From Eubacteriales bacterium (GTDB lineage: Bacteria > Bacillota > Clostridia > Oscillospirales > CAG-272): a stretch of 64,000 bases of DNA. Made by a program: the position numbers and the translations under genes. Each line of letters opens with the position of its first letter. Within the stretch, counting starts at the first letter, position 1. Shown in pieces: positions 38,315-50,981 of this stretch. The notes beneath the pieces were generated by a model. It was not told the origin of the DNA and ran no database searches. It worked only from the letters and a program-made list of their open reading frames with translations. The DNA is taken from positions 2,003 to 66,002 of the forward strand of contig JAZRCT010000040.1 in the NCBI GenBank assembly GCA_045659905.1. The letters run 5' to 3'.

Positions 38315-39511
38315 TTAAACAACTATTTTAAAGCCTGCGCTGACCAGTGCGTTCTTTATTTGCTCTATGTGCTCGAAGTTTCTCGTCTCCATAATAATTC
38401 TTAAGTAACAGCCGTTTACGTCCGAGCCCTCGTTTGCCCTTTCGTGATGCACCGAGGTGACGTTGCCGCCGAGTTCGGATATAATTCTCGATACGTCGGT
38501 AAGCTGTCCCGGCTTATCTACAAGCTCTACTGTGAGCTGATAGTTTCTTCCCGACATAAGAAGACCGCGCTTTATTACCCTTGAGAGAATAGTAACGTCG
38601 ATATTTCCGCCTGAGAGCAGACATACCGTCTTTTTGCCCTCAAGGTCGAGCTTGCCGAACATAGCTGCCGCTACCGCTACCGCTCCCGCACCCTCGGTGA
38701 CGAGCTTGTGCTTTTCCATAAGGGCGAGAATTGCCGCTGAAATCTCGTCGTCGGTGACGGTGACTATCTCGTCTACGTACTTTTCGCAAATTTCATAAGT
38801 AAGGTCGCCGGGGCGTTTTACCGCAATGCCGTCTGCAATGGTTCTTACCGAAGGAAGCTCCTCAATTTTGTGGTCCTCTACCGAATTTTTCATAGAGGGC
38901 GCACCGCTTGCCTGAACGCCGTATACCTTTACTCTCGGGTTTATGCTCTTTATAGTATAAGCAACGCCCGAAATAAGTCCGCCGCCGCCGATAGGCACTA
39001 TAATGGCGTCGAGGTCGGGAAGCTGGTCGGCGATTTCAAGCGCTATCGTGCCCTGACCTGCAATTACGTCGGGGTCGTTAAAGGGGTGTATAAAGGTGTA
39101 GCCGCATTCGTCACGAAGCGAGATAGCCTTATTGTAGGCGTCATCGTAAACGCCCTTGACAAGACAAACCTCAGCGCCGTAGCTCTTGGTAGCCTCTATT
39201 TTGGAAATGGGCGCACCGTCGGGCAGACAGATTACCGCTTTTATGCCGTTCTTCTGTGCGGCAAGCGCTACGCCCTGTGCGTGATTTCCCGCAGAGCAGG
39301 CGATTACTCCGCGCTTTTTCTCCTCGGGGCTAAGCTTCGACATTTTGTAGTAAGAGCCTCTTACCTTAAACGAGCCCGTGGTCTGAAGATTCTCGGTCTT
39401 AAGATAAAGCTCAAGTCCCTCTTTAAGCTTGGGAGCGTAAATTATATCGGTCTTGCGGACTACGTCCTTCAGCACGTAGCTCGCTCTGTATACGTTATCA
39501 AGTGTAAGCAT
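38315..39511 (-). CDS. ilvA: threonine ammonia-lyase (threonine dehydratase) with a C-terminal ACT-like domain
   Basis: 398 aa; PLP-lysine motif TGSFKVRGSYYKM and the GGGGLISG loop. Confidence 0.92.
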   Translation of the reverse strand: MLTLDNVYRASYVLKDVVRKTDIIYAPKLKEGLELYLKTENLQTTGSFKVRGSYYKMSKLSPEEKKRGVIACSAGNHAQGVALAAQKNGIKAVICLPDGAPISKIEATKSYGAEVCLVKGVYDDAYNKAISLRDECGYTFIHPFNDPDVIAGQGTIALEIADQLPDLDAIIVPIGGGGLISGVAYTIKSINPRVKVYGVQASGAPSMKNSVEDHKIEELPSVRTIADGIAVKRPGDLTYEICEKYVDEIVTVTDDEISAAILALMEKHKLVTEGAGAVAVAAAMFGKLDLEGKKTVCLLSGGNIDVTILSRVIKRGLLMSGRNYQLTVELVDKPGQLTDVSRIISELGGNVTSVHHERANEGSDVNGCYLRIIMETRNFEHIEQIKNALVSAGFKIVV

Positions 39512-39554
39512 AATTCCTCTTTTCGGTCTGTTTTACAAACAAAGGTTGACAAAT

Positions 39555-40736
39555 TTAGGGTTTAGATAAGAGAAGCGTGTCGACGAACTGCTCGGCGCAT
39601 CTTGCGGAACGGCTGCCCCGCCTCAGGGCGAACGCCTCTGCCTTGATTTCAAGCTCCGAGCCTTCAATTTCAACGCCGGCTCTTCTCGCAAGCTCTCTTA
39701 CTATATCGAGGTAGAGCTTTTTCGAGGGCTTTTCAAAATACACGACGAGCCCGAAGCGCTCGGATAGCGAAAGGGTTTCCTCAAGCGTATCGTTCCTATG
39801 CACGTCGTCGCCTGCACGGTCGCTGAAGCTCTCCTTGATTATGTGACGTCGGTTGGAGGTTGCGTATATTACCGCATTGTCAGCCTTTGCGCTGGCAGAG
39901 CCCTCAAGTGCCGCCTTAAGCATACTGAAATTATCGTCGCTTGCGGTAAACGAAAGGTCGTCGATAAAGATAATGAATTTAAGCGGATTTTGGCTTATGC
40001 GCCCCATAACGAAGGGAAGCCTTGAGAGCTGGTCCTTTCTCAGCTCGATAAGCCTCAGACCCTTACCGAAAAATTTATTCGCAATAGCCTTTACCGTCGA
40101 GGACTTGCCCGTGCCTGCATTGCCGCAGAGCAGAGTGTTAAGCGACGGACCTCCCCTCAGGTGCGCAAGTGTATTCTCAATAACCCTCTCTCGCTCAGTC
40201 TCGTAGCCGACGAAATCCGAAAGCGAGGTCTTGTCGGCGCTGATTACAGGCTCGATTTCTCCCTCGTCCGACAGCCTGAACATAACGTGCGACGAGAATA
40301 TTCCGTAGCCTCTTTTGCGGACGTTCCTTGCGTGCGATTCGTAAAGTGCGGGAAGATTTATCTCCTTAACCCCAAAGGGCGACACGTAGGCAATTCCAAG
40401 CTCCGAGCGGAAATGCTCGGGGGTAAGCGCCGCAAGCTCCGAGAATACCGAAAGCTCGTGACGCAGCGCCGCCTTCACCTCGTCTTTGATTTTGGATTTT
40501 TCGGCACGTGCTCTGATATATACGTTCTCGTCCTCAAACAGCAGTCTTGCTACGAGAAGCGAGAGTGGAAGCTGCGCCTCGTAAATCTCACTGACGAATG
40601 CGGCGTAAGCGGAAATCTTCTCCTCGTCGGTGATATCCTCCTTGCAGAATTTTCCGAAATTCTTTAAAAGCGGCGTGTCAAGCACACCCTTAAATATGCT
40701 TGACATACATAGCCTTATGTAAAGTTCTCTTAGCAT
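39555..40736 (-). CDS. DUF815-type AAA/P-loop ATP-binding protein
   Basis: 393 aa; Walker A LLCGNAGTGKSSTVKA and Walker B IIFIDDLSF. An alternative start MSSIFKG (40706) has AAGG upstream. Confidence 0.75.
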   Translation of the reverse strand: MLRELYIRLCMSSIFKGVLDTPLLKNFGKFCKEDITDEEKISAYAAFVSEIYEAQLPLSLLVARLLFEDENVYIRARAEKSKIKDEVKAALRHELSVFSELAALTPEHFRSELGIAYVSPFGVKEINLPALYESHARNVRKRGYGIFSSHVMFRLSDEGEIEPVISADKTSLSDFVGYETERERVIENTLAHLRGGPSLNTLLCGNAGTGKSSTVKAIANKFFGKGLRLIELRKDQLSRLPFVMGRISQNPLKFIIFIDDLSFTASDDNFSMLKAALEGSASAKADNAVIYATSNRRHIIKESFSDRAGDDVHRNDTLEETLSLSERFGLVVYFEKPSKKLYLDIVRELARRAGVEIEGSELEIKAEAFALRRGSRSARCAEQFVDTLLLSKP

Positions 40737-40739
40737 ATA

Positions 40740-41807
40740 TTACAATCTTTCGATTATTTTGTCGGTAATCTCTGTGGTGGTAAGATAGTCCTTTCCGTGC
40801 GCAAGGTCCGCCGTGCGGTAGCCCTCGTTAAGAACCTTATCGACAGCCGATACTATGCACTCGCTCTCCTCTTTTAAGTCAAAGGAATAAAGCAGCATCA
40901 TAGCACAGGAAAGAATAGTAGCTATCGGGTTCGCAATATTTTTGCCCGCTATATCGGGAGCTGAGCCGTGTATCGGCTCGTAAAGACCTCGCTTCGTGTA
41001 GCCGAGCGACGCCGAGGGAAGCATACCGATAGAGCCGGTTATCTGCGACGCCTCGTCCGAAAGAATATCTCCGAACATATTGGAGGTGACTATAACGTCA
41101 AACTGCGCAGGATTTCTTACGAGCTGCATTGCGGCGTTGTCTACCAGCATATCCGATACTTCAACCTCGGGATATTCCGCCGAAAGCTCACGAACCGTTT
41201 TTCTCCATAGTCTTGAGGTATCAAGCACGTTAGCCTTGTCGATGCTGATAAGCCTCTTGTCACGCTTCATAGCCGCATCAAACGCAGCTCTTGCTATTCT
41301 CTCTATTTCCATACGGCTGTACGCCTCGGTGTCGTAAGCCTCCTCGCCGTATTTACCTATGCGAGTGCCACGCTCGCCGAAATAAATACCGCCTGTAAGC
41401 TCTCTTACAATCATAATATCAAAGCCCGAGGCTACGATATCCTCTCTGAGAGGGCAATCGCCGGAAAGCGCAGGATAAAGCTTTGCGGGGCGAAGATTGG
41501 TAAAAAGCTCCATAGCGGAGCGTATGCCGAGAAGCGCACGCTCAGGACGCATATTGCCGGGCAGCGTATCCCACTTAGGACCGCCGACCGCACCGAGCAG
41601 GACGCTGTCGGACTTAAGACAGCCCTCGACCGTTGCCAGGGGAAGCGGCTCGCCGTGTCTGTCGATAGCGCAGCCGCCGATATCGTAGGGAGTAAATTCA
41701 AAGCTGTGACCGAATTTTTCGCCTACTGCATTCATTACTCTGACGGCGCTGTCGGTAATTTCAGGACCGATTCCGTCGCCTGCCAGAAGCGCAATACTGT
41801 ATTTCAT
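40740..41807 (-). CDS. leuB: 3-isopropylmalate dehydrogenase
   Basis: [11 protein letters not shown] and [12 protein letters not shown] motifs. GGAG lies 7 nt before the ATG at 41807; the ORF track starts 4 codons earlier. Confidence 0.95.
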   Translation of the reverse strand: MKYSIALLAGDGIGPEITDSAVRVMNAVGEKFGHSFEFTPYDIGGCAIDRHGEPLPLATVEGCLKSDSVLLGAVGGPKWDTLPGNMRPERALLGIRSAMELFTNLRPAKLYPALSGDCPLREDIVASGFDIMIVRELTGGIYFGERGTRIGKYGEEAYDTEAYSRMEIERIARAAFDAAMKRDKRLISIDKANVLDTSRLWRKTVRELSAEYPEVEVSDMLVDNAAMQLVRNPAQFDVIVTSNMFGDILSDEASQITGSIGMLPSASLGYTKRGLYEPIHGSAPDIAGKNIANPIATILSCAMMLLYSFDLKEESECIVSAVDKVLNEGYRTADLAHGKDYLTTTEITDKIIERL

Positions 41808-41859
41808 AATTTTCTCCATTCTGCCGTCGGGAAAGCTCCCTACGGAAAGATTTTTGCGA

Positions 41860-41988
41860 TAAGCCCTAGCCTTGCCGGCTTGGCGCTTTACTTAAGCTTT
41901 CGTTTGGCGATTTACACGCTTCACTTAACTTTAGCTTGGCGCTTCGCTTAGCTTTAGCTCCGTGCTTTTCTTAGCTTAGCGCTTCACC
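41860..41988. repeat. degenerate GGCGCTT/CTTAGC-rich low-complexity repeats filling a 170-bp spacer inside the leu operon
   Basis: tggcgctttacttaagc.../tggcgatttacacgcttcac.../ttggcgcttcgcttagctttagc... read directly. It resembles the GCGCTTAAG array at 16694-16860. Confidence 0.6.
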
Positions 41989-42492
41989 TTACTTTATAGC
42001 GCCTCGCTTTATGGACTCGATAAGTCCGCCGTTTTCAATTATTTTCTGTATAAACTCGGGGAAGGGCTTAGTCTTGAAGCTATTTCCCGTGGTCTTGTTG
42101 TAAATCATACCGAGGTCAAGGTCGCATACCACCTCGTCACCCTCGCTTATCTCCTCTGCCGCCTCGGGACATTCGAGAATGGCAAGTCCTATGTTTATCG
42201 AATTGCGGTAAAAAATTCTTGCGAAGCTCTTGGCTATGACGAGCGAAATTCCGCTTGCCTTAATAGCGATTGGGGCGTGCTCTCTTGACGAGCCGCAGCC
42301 GAAATTCGAGCCTGCTATCATAATATCTCCCGCATTTACCTTGTTCTTAAAATCAAGGTCGATATCCTCCATACAGTGAGAGGCAAGCTCCTTGTGGTCT
42401 ATGGTGTTGAGATATCTTGCGGGGATAATTACGTCGGTGTCGACGTTATCGCCGTACTTTATTGCTTTTCCTTGGAAATTCATACCTGACAA
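41989..42492 (-). CDS. leuD: 3-isopropylmalate dehydratase small subunit
   Basis: 167 aa; [14 protein letters not shown] motif. Confidence 0.95.
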   Translation of the reverse strand: MSGMNFQGKAIKYGDNVDTDVIIPARYLNTIDHKELASHCMEDIDLDFKNKVNAGDIMIAGSNFGCGSSREHAPIAIKASGISLVIAKSFARIFYRNSINIGLAILECPEAAEEISEGDEVVCDLDLGMIYNKTTGNSFKTKPFPEFIQKIIENGGLIESIKRGAIK

Positions 42493-42499
42493 ACCCTCC

Positions 42500-43765
42500 T
42501 TATTTCATTACTTCGTCGGGGCTTGCTATTCTGCCAAGCACGGCAGACGCCGCCGCTACGGCAGGGCTTGCGAGATATACCTCGCTCGTAACGTCGCCCA
42601 TTCTGCCGACGAAATTGCGGTTGGTCGTAGCTACCGCACGCTCGCCTGCCGCAAGAATTCCCATATATCCGCCGAGGCAGGGACCGCAGGTGGGGGTGGA
42701 TACCACGCAGCCAGCCTCAATAAAGATTTTAAGAAGTCCTGCTTCCATAGCCTGAAGATATATATTCTGCGTTGCGGGAATGATAATCGCGCGCACGCCT
42801 CTGGCAACCCGTCTGCCCTTAAGGATTTCCGCCGCCTCGGCAAGGTCCTTATAGTGACCGTTGGTGCAAGAGCCGATAACCACCTGGTCAATCTTCACCT
42901 CGCCCGCCTCGTCTACCGTGCGGGTATTCTCGGGAAGATGCGGGAAGGCTACCGTCGATTTTATCTTTGAAAGGTCTATTTCGTAAACCTCGTCGTATTT
43001 TGCATCTGCGTCCGCCTCGAAAATTCTGATTTCTCTGTCGGTGCGTCCCTTTACGTATTCGAGAGTTGCCTCGTCTACGGGGAAAATGCCGTTTTTAGCG
43101 CCTGCCTCGATAGCCATATTGGATATGGTAAGACGGTCGTATACCGACAGTGCCGAAACGCCCTCTCCCGTGAACTCCATAGACTTATAAAGCGCTCCGT
43201 CGACGCCAATCATTCCTATAATGTGAAGAATTACGTCCTTTCCCGAAACCCATTTCCGAAGCTTTCCCTTAAGGACGAATTTGATAGCCGAGGGTACTTT
43301 AAACCAAGCCTTGCCCGTCGCCATTCCGCACGCCATATCGGTAGAGCCGACGCCGGTAGAAAACGCACCGAGCGCACCGTAGGTGCAGGTGTGAGAGTCA
43401 GCGCCGATAACCACGTCACCGGGAACAACGAGTCCCGCCTCGGGAAGAAGTGCGTGCTCTATACCCATTCTTCCTACGTCAAAGAAATTCACAATCTCCT
43501 CTTTTTCGCAGAAATCACGGCACATTTTGCACTGTACTGCCGCCTTTATATCCTTATTGGGGGCAAAGTGGTCCATTACCATAGTGACCTTTTCCTTGTC
43601 GAAAACGCCGCTTTGTCCTATCTTTTCATATTCACGTATAGCAACGGGTGAGGTAATATCGTTGCCAAGCACTCGGTCTATATTGACGAGCACGAGCTCG
43701 CCTGATTCGACCTTGTCGAGCCCCGCATGGGCTGCGAGGATTTTTTCGGTCATAGTCATTCCCAT
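42500..43765 (-). CDS. leuC: 3-isopropylmalate dehydratase large subunit
   Basis: 421 aa; the aconitase-family motif [15 protein letters not shown] and the Fe-S ligand cysteines (GSCTNG, CGPCLG). Confidence 0.95.
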   Translation of the reverse strand: MGMTMTEKILAAHAGLDKVESGELVLVNIDRVLGNDITSPVAIREYEKIGQSGVFDKEKVTMVMDHFAPNKDIKAAVQCKMCRDFCEKEEIVNFFDVGRMGIEHALLPEAGLVVPGDVVIGADSHTCTYGALGAFSTGVGSTDMACGMATGKAWFKVPSAIKFVLKGKLRKWVSGKDVILHIIGMIGVDGALYKSMEFTGEGVSALSVYDRLTISNMAIEAGAKNGIFPVDEATLEYVKGRTDREIRIFEADADAKYDEVYEIDLSKIKSTVAFPHLPENTRTVDEAGEVKIDQVVIGSCTNGHYKDLAEAAEILKGRRVARGVRAIIIPATQNIYLQAMEAGLLKIFIEAGCVVSTPTCGPCLGGYMGILAAGERAVATTNRNFVGRMGDVTSEVYLASPAVAAASAVLGRIASPDEVMK

Positions 43766-43777
43766 GGCATAAATTCC

Positions 43778-45451
43778 TTATTTGTTGATTATTGCTCCCT
43801 TGTCGGCGGAGCTTACCGTCATAGAATATCTCTTAAGGTAGCCGGTGATGCCTTCCTTGCGCTTGATAGGCATTTCCGCCTTGCGCTTCGCCAACTCCCC
43901 ATCACTTACCTTAAGCTCTATTTTGTATTCGGGAATATTTATAGATATGATATCGCCGTCCTTTACGAAGGCGATAGGTCCGCCGCTTACAGCCTCGGGG
44001 GATACGTGTCCTATCGAAGCTCCTCGGGTAGCGCCCGAAAATCTTCCGTCGGTGATAAGAGCGACGTCACGGTCAAGCCCCATACCCGCAATAGCGGAGG
44101 TCGGCGAGAGCATCTCTCTCATACCGGGGCCGCCCGCAGGTCCTTCGTAGCGGATAACCACCACGTCGCCTGCTACGATTTTGCCTGCGTAAATAGCCGC
44201 AATAGCCTCCTCCTCGCTCTCGAATACCTTGGCAGGTCCTTCGTGAACGAGCATTTCGGGAGCAACTGCGCTTCTCTTTACCACGCAGCCGTCGGGCGCA
44301 AGATTTCCTCTCAGCACGGCAATACCGCCGGTCTTGCTGTAAGGATTGTCCACCGTCCTTATTACGCCCTCGTCAAGGTTCTTCGCTCCCTCGATATTTT
44401 CCTTAAGCGTCCTGCCCGTGCATGTCATAACAGAGGTGTCAAGAAGCCCGAGCTTGTCGATTTCACGAAGCACAGCATATACGCCGCCCGCTTCGTTTAA
44501 GTCCTCCATATAGGTAGGGCCTGCGGGAGCGAGGTGGCAGAGATTGGGCGTTCTCTCGCTTATTTCGTTTACAAGGTCAAGATTGAATTCTACGCCGCAT
44601 TCGTTGGCGATTGCGGGCAGGTGAAGCATACTGTTGGTCGAGCAGCCAAGCGCCATATCGGCGGTGATAGCGTTTCTTATAGCGCCCTCGGTCATAATAT
44701 CACGGGGACGGATATTCTTTCTTACAAGCTCCATTACCTGCATACCTGCGTGCTTTGCAAGCTGAATTCTTGCCGAGTGAGGCGCAGGAATAGTGCCGTT
44801 GCCCGCAAGTCCCATACCGAGAACCTCGGTAAGGCAGTTCATAGAATTTGCCGTATACATACCCGAGCAAGAGCCGCAGCTGGGGCACGCCTTATTCTCA
44901 AATTCAAGCAGTCTGTCGTCGTCTATTTTGCCTGCCTTGTAAGAGCCAACCGCCTCAAACATTGAAGAAAGGCTGGTCTTCTTGCCGCAAACCCTGCCCG
45001 CAAGCATAGGTCCGCCGCTGACGAACACCGTCGGAATGTTAAGCCTAGCCGCCGCCATAAGAAGCCCGGGGACGTTCTTGTCGCAGTTGGGAATCATAAC
45101 GAGGCCGTCAAAGCCGTGAGCCATAACCATAGCCTCGGTGGAATCGGCAATAAGGTCACGGGTGACGAGCGAATACTTCATACCCACGTGTCCCATAGCG
45201 ATGCCGTCGCATACTGCAATGGCGGGGAACATAATCGGCGTACCGCCCGCCATTGCCACGCCAAGCTTTACGGCATCGCAGATTTTATCAAGATTCATAT
45301 GCCCGGGGACTATTTCGTTATAGGAGCAGACGATACCGATAAGCGGCCTTTCAAGCTCCTCCTTGGTAAGTCCCAGAGCGTTATATAACGAACGGTGAGG
45401 CGCATTGTGCGCACCGTCGATAATTCTGTCTTTAACCATAATAATTTCCAT
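43778..45451 (-). CDS. ilvD: dihydroxy-acid dehydratase
   Basis: 557 aa; [20 protein letters not shown] and [17 protein letters not shown] motifs. Confidence 0.96.
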   Translation of the reverse strand: MEIIMVKDRIIDGAHNAPHRSLYNALGLTKEELERPLIGIVCSYNEIVPGHMNLDKICDAVKLGVAMAGGTPIMFPAIAVCDGIAMGHVGMKYSLVTRDLIADSTEAMVMAHGFDGLVMIPNCDKNVPGLLMAAARLNIPTVFVSGGPMLAGRVCGKKTSLSSMFEAVGSYKAGKIDDDRLLEFENKACPSCGSCSGMYTANSMNCLTEVLGMGLAGNGTIPAPHSARIQLAKHAGMQVMELVRKNIRPRDIMTEGAIRNAITADMALGCSTNSMLHLPAIANECGVEFNLDLVNEISERTPNLCHLAPAGPTYMEDLNEAGGVYAVLREIDKLGLLDTSVMTCTGRTLKENIEGAKNLDEGVIRTVDNPYSKTGGIAVLRGNLAPDGCVVKRSAVAPEMLVHEGPAKVFESEEEAIAAIYAGKIVAGDVVVIRYEGPAGGPGMREMLSPTSAIAGMGLDRDVALITDGRFSGATRGASIGHVSPEAVSGGPIAFVKDGDIISINIPEYKIELKVSDGELAKRKAEMPIKRKEGITGYLKRYSMTVSSADKGAIINK

Positions 45452-45479
45452 TCCGTCGCAGAGTGTGCGACCGTAAGCC

Positions 45480-47065
<1,586 letters not shown>

Positions 47066-47082
<17 letters not shown>

Positions 47083-48769
47083 TACCTACCTTTACGCTGG
47101 TGATTATATCGTCGATAGAGCCGCCGGGAGGAAGCATCGGAAGGACGAACTCGTCCTTGTCGATAAGAGTATCGATTACGACGGTAGTGCCAAGTTTCAG
47201 CGCCTCACGGAACGCCTTATCAAATTCCTCTCTCGTCGCAGCTCTCATACCGACAGCTCCGAACGCCTCGGCAAGCTTGACGAAATCGGTCTTTCTGTCG
47301 GTAAGGACGGTGTTTGAATATCTCTTTCCGAAGAAAAGCGTCTGCCACTGGCGCACCATACCGAGCACGCCGTTGTTCATAACCACTATAATTACGGGAA
47401 TGGAAGCCGAAACGCAGGTCGCAAGCTCGTTGAGATTCATACCGAAGCTGCCGTCACCGGTCACGAGAACCGTCGTATCGCCGCTCGCCACTCTTGCGCC
47501 AATCGCAGCGCCAAGACCGAAGCCCATAGTGCCAAGACCGCCCGAGGAAACTATTCTTCTCGGTCTGTCGAATTTTGCATACTGGGCGCACCACATCTGA
47601 TGCTGACCGACGTCGGTAGCAAGCACCGTGCCCGCAGGCTTCGCCGCATTTATAGCTTCAAGCACCGATTTCGGCGTCATTCGCTCACGGCTTTCCTCGT
47701 CGTGGCGTGCTTCAAAGGCCTTTTCCTCGGCGATAAGCGCCTCGACCTCGTCGCTCCAATCCTTGTTGCTCTTGGGACTTGCGCCCTTTGATATTTCAAG
47801 GAATGAGTGCATTACGTCGCCGACGATGCCGCAATCTACCTTTACGTTCTTATTTATCTCCGAAAAATCGGGGTCAAGCTGAATAATTTTACTGTTTTTT
47901 GCAAATTTTGCAAGATTTCCCGTTGCTCTGTCATTGAAGCGCACGCCGACGCCGATTATAAGGTCGCTCTTATTCTGCGCCATAGAGGAGGCGTAGTGAC
48001 CGTGCATTCCCTGCATACCGAGGAATCTGTCGCAGTCGCTCTCAATCGCCGAAAGTCCCATAAACGAGCAGCCGATATAAGCGTTAATCTTGTTGGCAAA
48101 GGCAACTATATCCTTGCCAAGTCCGAGACCTGCCGCACCGCCGCCTATGTATATGTAAGGACGCTTCGATTCGTTGATAAGCTCTATTGCCTCGGCTATT
48201 TTTTCGTCGCTTGCGAGCGGAAGCGGAATCTTCTCGGCAATCTCGCCTGCCTCCCATTCGCACTCTGCTATCTGCACGTCCTTAGGGACGTCGATAAGCA
48301 CAGGACCCGGTCTTCCGCTCTTGGCTATGGAAAACGCCTCTCTTATGCTGTCGGCAAGCTCCTCGACCTTGTTTACGAAATAGTTGTGCTTGGTAATAGG
48401 GAGAGTAATTCCCGTAATGTCGATTTCCTGAAAGCTGTCCTTGCCTATAAGAGAGCAGGGAACGTTTCCCGTGATAGCCACCATAGGAATAGAGTCAAGC
48501 ATAGCCGTAGCTATACCCGTGACGAGGTTGGTAGCGCCGGGACCTGAGGTAGCGATGCATACGCCGACCTTTCCCGTTGCCCTCGAATAGCCGTCTGCTG
48601 CGTGAGATGCGCCCTGCTCGTGAGCGCAAAGCACGTGATTTATTTCGTCCTTATGCTTATAGAGCGCATCGTATACGTTGAGTATCTGTCCTCCCGGGTA
48701 GCCGAATACGTCGGTAACGCCCTGCTCTATCAGCGTTCTTACTATAATTTCCGAGCCTGATAATTTCAT
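47066..48769 (-). CDS. ilvB: acetolactate synthase large (catalytic) subunit
   Basis: 567 aa; the ThDP enzyme motifs GYPGGQILNVYDAL and GLGTMGFGLGAAIGA...GDGSFGMN. Confidence 0.96.
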
Positions 48770-48851
48770 TTAACTTAAAACTCCTTAGAAAATGCGTAAA
48801 GCCTGCCCGAAATCCGCAGTAAAGCGCCTGCGGCACGGGTAAAGGCTACAA

Positions 48852-50510
48852 TTAGCCGTTTAACATTCTGTTGATAGCGCACACGAGCGCCTTTACGGAG
48901 GAATTTCCGATATCGCTGTCGACACCGCAGCCAAAATAGGTCTTGCCTCCGGAAATTATGCTTACGTAGGACGCCGCCCTTGCGCTGGTAGTGCCGTCTA
49001 TTGCGTGCTGGGTGTAAAGGTCGAGCGTGTAGTCAAGACCGAGCGCCGCTTTAATAGCGTTGCTGACGCAGTCAAGACGGCCGTTGCCCGAGGAGCGAAT
49101 CTCCTTTTCGCCGTCGTTAAGCAAGACGGTGACTACCGCCTCGATGCCGCCGTCAAGCTCAAGATACTGAGCGCGCTTGACCGAGAGGGTGTCCTGACGG
49201 TTGACGAAGTCACGCATAAAAATGTCGTAAACCTCCCTCGGCTGAAGCTCTCTGTGACCGTGGTCGGAGATGCTCTTTATATGATATCCGAATACCTCCC
49301 TCAGCTTCGGGGGAAGATTCATATTGAACTGCGTTTCCATAATATAGCCGATGCCGCCCTTGCCTGACTGCGAGTTGATTCTGATAACGTCAGCCTCGTA
49401 TACCCTGCCGACGTCGGTGGGGTCAAGCGGAAGATAGGGAACTGTCCAAGGAATATCCTTGGCCTCTCTGAATTTCATACCCTTGGCAATTGCGTCCTGA
49501 TGCGAGCCTGAGAATGCCGCAAACACGAGCTGTCCCGAGTAAGGCATACGCTCATACACACGCATACGGGTGACCTTTTCGTACACCTCGGTAATGGCGG
49601 GAAGATTGGAAAAATCAAGCCCCGGGTCTACGCCCTGCGAATACATATTGAGCGCAAGCGTGATAATGTCCACGTTGCCCGTGCGCTCGCCGTTGCCGAA
49701 AAGCGTACCCTCTATTCTGTCGCCGCCTGCAAGAAGTCCCATTTCGCTATCTGCCACGGCGCAGCCTCTGTCGTTGTGCGGGTGAAGCGAGATTATGACG
49801 TTTTCTCTGTCAATAAGATTTTTGTCCATATAAGCCACCTGGGCGGCGTAAATATGGGGCATTGAGTGCGACACCGTGACGGGAAGATTTATAATAACCT
49901 TATCCTCTGCCGTGGGCTGCCAGATTTTTAAAACCTCATTGCAGATTTCAGCGGCGTACTCGGGCTCCGTGCCGGTAAAGCTTTCGGGCGAATACTCAAA
50001 GGTGATTTTGCCCTTCGCCTTCGCCTTGTAATCACGGCAAAGCCTTGCGCCGAAAACGGCGATATCTATAATTTCCTGCTTGCTTTTCCTGAAAACCTGC
50101 TCTCTTTGCGCTACCGAGGTGGAATTGTAAAGATGCACCACGGCGTGCGGAGCGCCGTCTATCGCCTCAAAGGTCTTCTTGATTATGTGCTCTCTTGACT
50201 GGGTGAGGACCTGAATCGTCACGTCGTCGGGAATGAGCTTTTGCTCTATGAGAGTGCGGCAGAATTCATACTCGGTCTCGGAGGCGGCGGGGAAGCCTAT
50301 CTCGATTTCCTTGAAGCCGACCTCTACCAGCAGCTTGAAAAACTCAAGCTTTTCTTCAAGGCTCATAGGAATTATGAGCGCCTGATTGCCGTCACGCAAA
50401 TCGACGCTGCACCATCTTGGGGGCTTGTCTATGTATTCCTTATTCGCCCAGCTGAAATCAAGCCTTTCGGGCGAGAAAAACTGCCTTTTGTACTTTGCGT
50501 AGCCTTTCAC
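48852..50510 (-). CDS. leuA: 2-isopropylmalate synthase (long LeuA form), GTG start
   Basis: 552 aa; RWCSVDLRDGNQAL and HPHNDRG motifs; C-terminal regulatory domain. Confidence 0.94.
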   Translation of the reverse strand: MKGYAKYKRQFFSPERLDFSWANKEYIDKPPRWCSVDLRDGNQALIIPMSLEEKLEFFKLLVEVGFKEIEIGFPAASETEYEFCRTLIEQKLIPDDVTIQVLTQSREHIIKKTFEAIDGAPHAVVHLYNSTSVAQREQVFRKSKQEIIDIAVFGARLCRDYKAKAKGKITFEYSPESFTGTEPEYAAEICNEVLKIWQPTAEDKVIINLPVTVSHSMPHIYAAQVAYMDKNLIDRENVIISLHPHNDRGCAVADSEMGLLAGGDRIEGTLFGNGERTGNVDIITLALNMYSQGVDPGLDFSNLPAITEVYEKVTRMRVYERMPYSGQLVFAAFSGSHQDAIAKGMKFREAKDIPWTVPYLPLDPTDVGRVYEADVIRINSQSGKGGIGYIMETQFNMNLPPKLREVFGYHIKSISDHGHRELQPREVYDIFMRDFVNRQDTLSVKRAQYLELDGGIEAVVTVLLNDGEKEIRSSGNGRLDCVSNAIKAALGLDYTLDLYTQHAIDGTTSARAASYVSIISGGKTYFGCGVDSDIGNSSVKALVCAINRMLNG

Positions 50511-50583
50511 TTAGGGTATCCTTTCGTATCGCTGAGGACAGGCTTTACCGTGCCTGCCTGCGCATAAAATAATAATTAGTAAC

Positions 50584-50612
50584 ATTTTAGCACAAACTCG
50601 TTAGTTTGTCAA
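50584..50612 (-). promoter_or_regulatory. sigma-A promoter of the leuA-ilv-leu operon (TTGACA-17-TGcTAAAAT)
   Basis: The minus strand reads TTGACAaactaacgagtttgTGcTAAAAT. The leader to the GTG start is ~65 nt, and no T-box core is visible in it. Confidence 0.65.
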
Positions 50613-50638
50613 TTAGATTTTAGCATAAAGCGGAAGAA

Positions 50639-50653
50639 AATTTTGTGAAAAAA
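50639..50653. promoter_or_regulatory. weak CodY-box-like 15-mer AATTTTGTGAAAAAA upstream of the -35
   Basis: 12/15 match to AATTTTCWGAAAATT. The position (about -40 to -55) would fit a branched-chain amino-acid operon. Confidence 0.25.
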
Positions 50654-50702
50654 GCAAGGGTAAACCGACGGAAAAAAGAGCAGACTCGGCGTGATGTCCT
50701 TA

Positions 50703-50842
50703 ACGGACAAAGCACGCGGTTAAATCCGTCTTCGACGGGTGAAATCCACCTATGGTGGATGAAATCGCTTTCGCAATGAAATCCTGCTTCGCAGGGTTAA
50801 GATAGACAAGCTTGATTTCATCGTTGCCTGCAACGATTTCAT
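50703..50842. repeat. hairpin-linker array D with ATGAAAT linker (4 forward units, then 2 ATTTCAT inverted)
   Basis: CCGTCttcGACGG-GTGAAAT; CCACCtatGGTGG-ATGAAAT; CGCTTTCGCA-ATGAAAT; CCTGCttcGCAGG-GTTAAGAT; ...ATTTCAT-CGTTGCctGCAACG-ATTTCAT. It lies between the ilvE terminator and the leuA promoter. Confidence 0.75.
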
Positions 50843-50851
50843 TGAACTAAC

Positions 50852-50884
50852 AAAAAAGAGCAGACGTACAAGATTTCGTCTTGC
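50852..50884 (-). terminator. intrinsic terminator after ilvE
   Basis: The minus strand reads GC(a)AGACG-aaatcttgta-CGTCTGC followed by TCTTTTTT. Confidence 0.6.
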
Positions 50885-50981
50885 GTATCTGCCCGTTTTT
50901 ATAATGATGTGCTTGTCACTGTAAAAGCGATTGCGCATAGCATACGCCTGTTCACGGCGGCGCTTGGCTTCGTAGGAAAAA

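Noticed and set aside
50511-50583. T-box or attenuator leader for the leuA operon (and similarly 60575-60683 for the his operon)
   Set aside because: The leaders are only ~65 and ~100 nt. I could find no T-box core (AAnnGGGTGGTACCGCG-like), specifier-loop architecture or terminator/antiterminator pair, only small hairpins.
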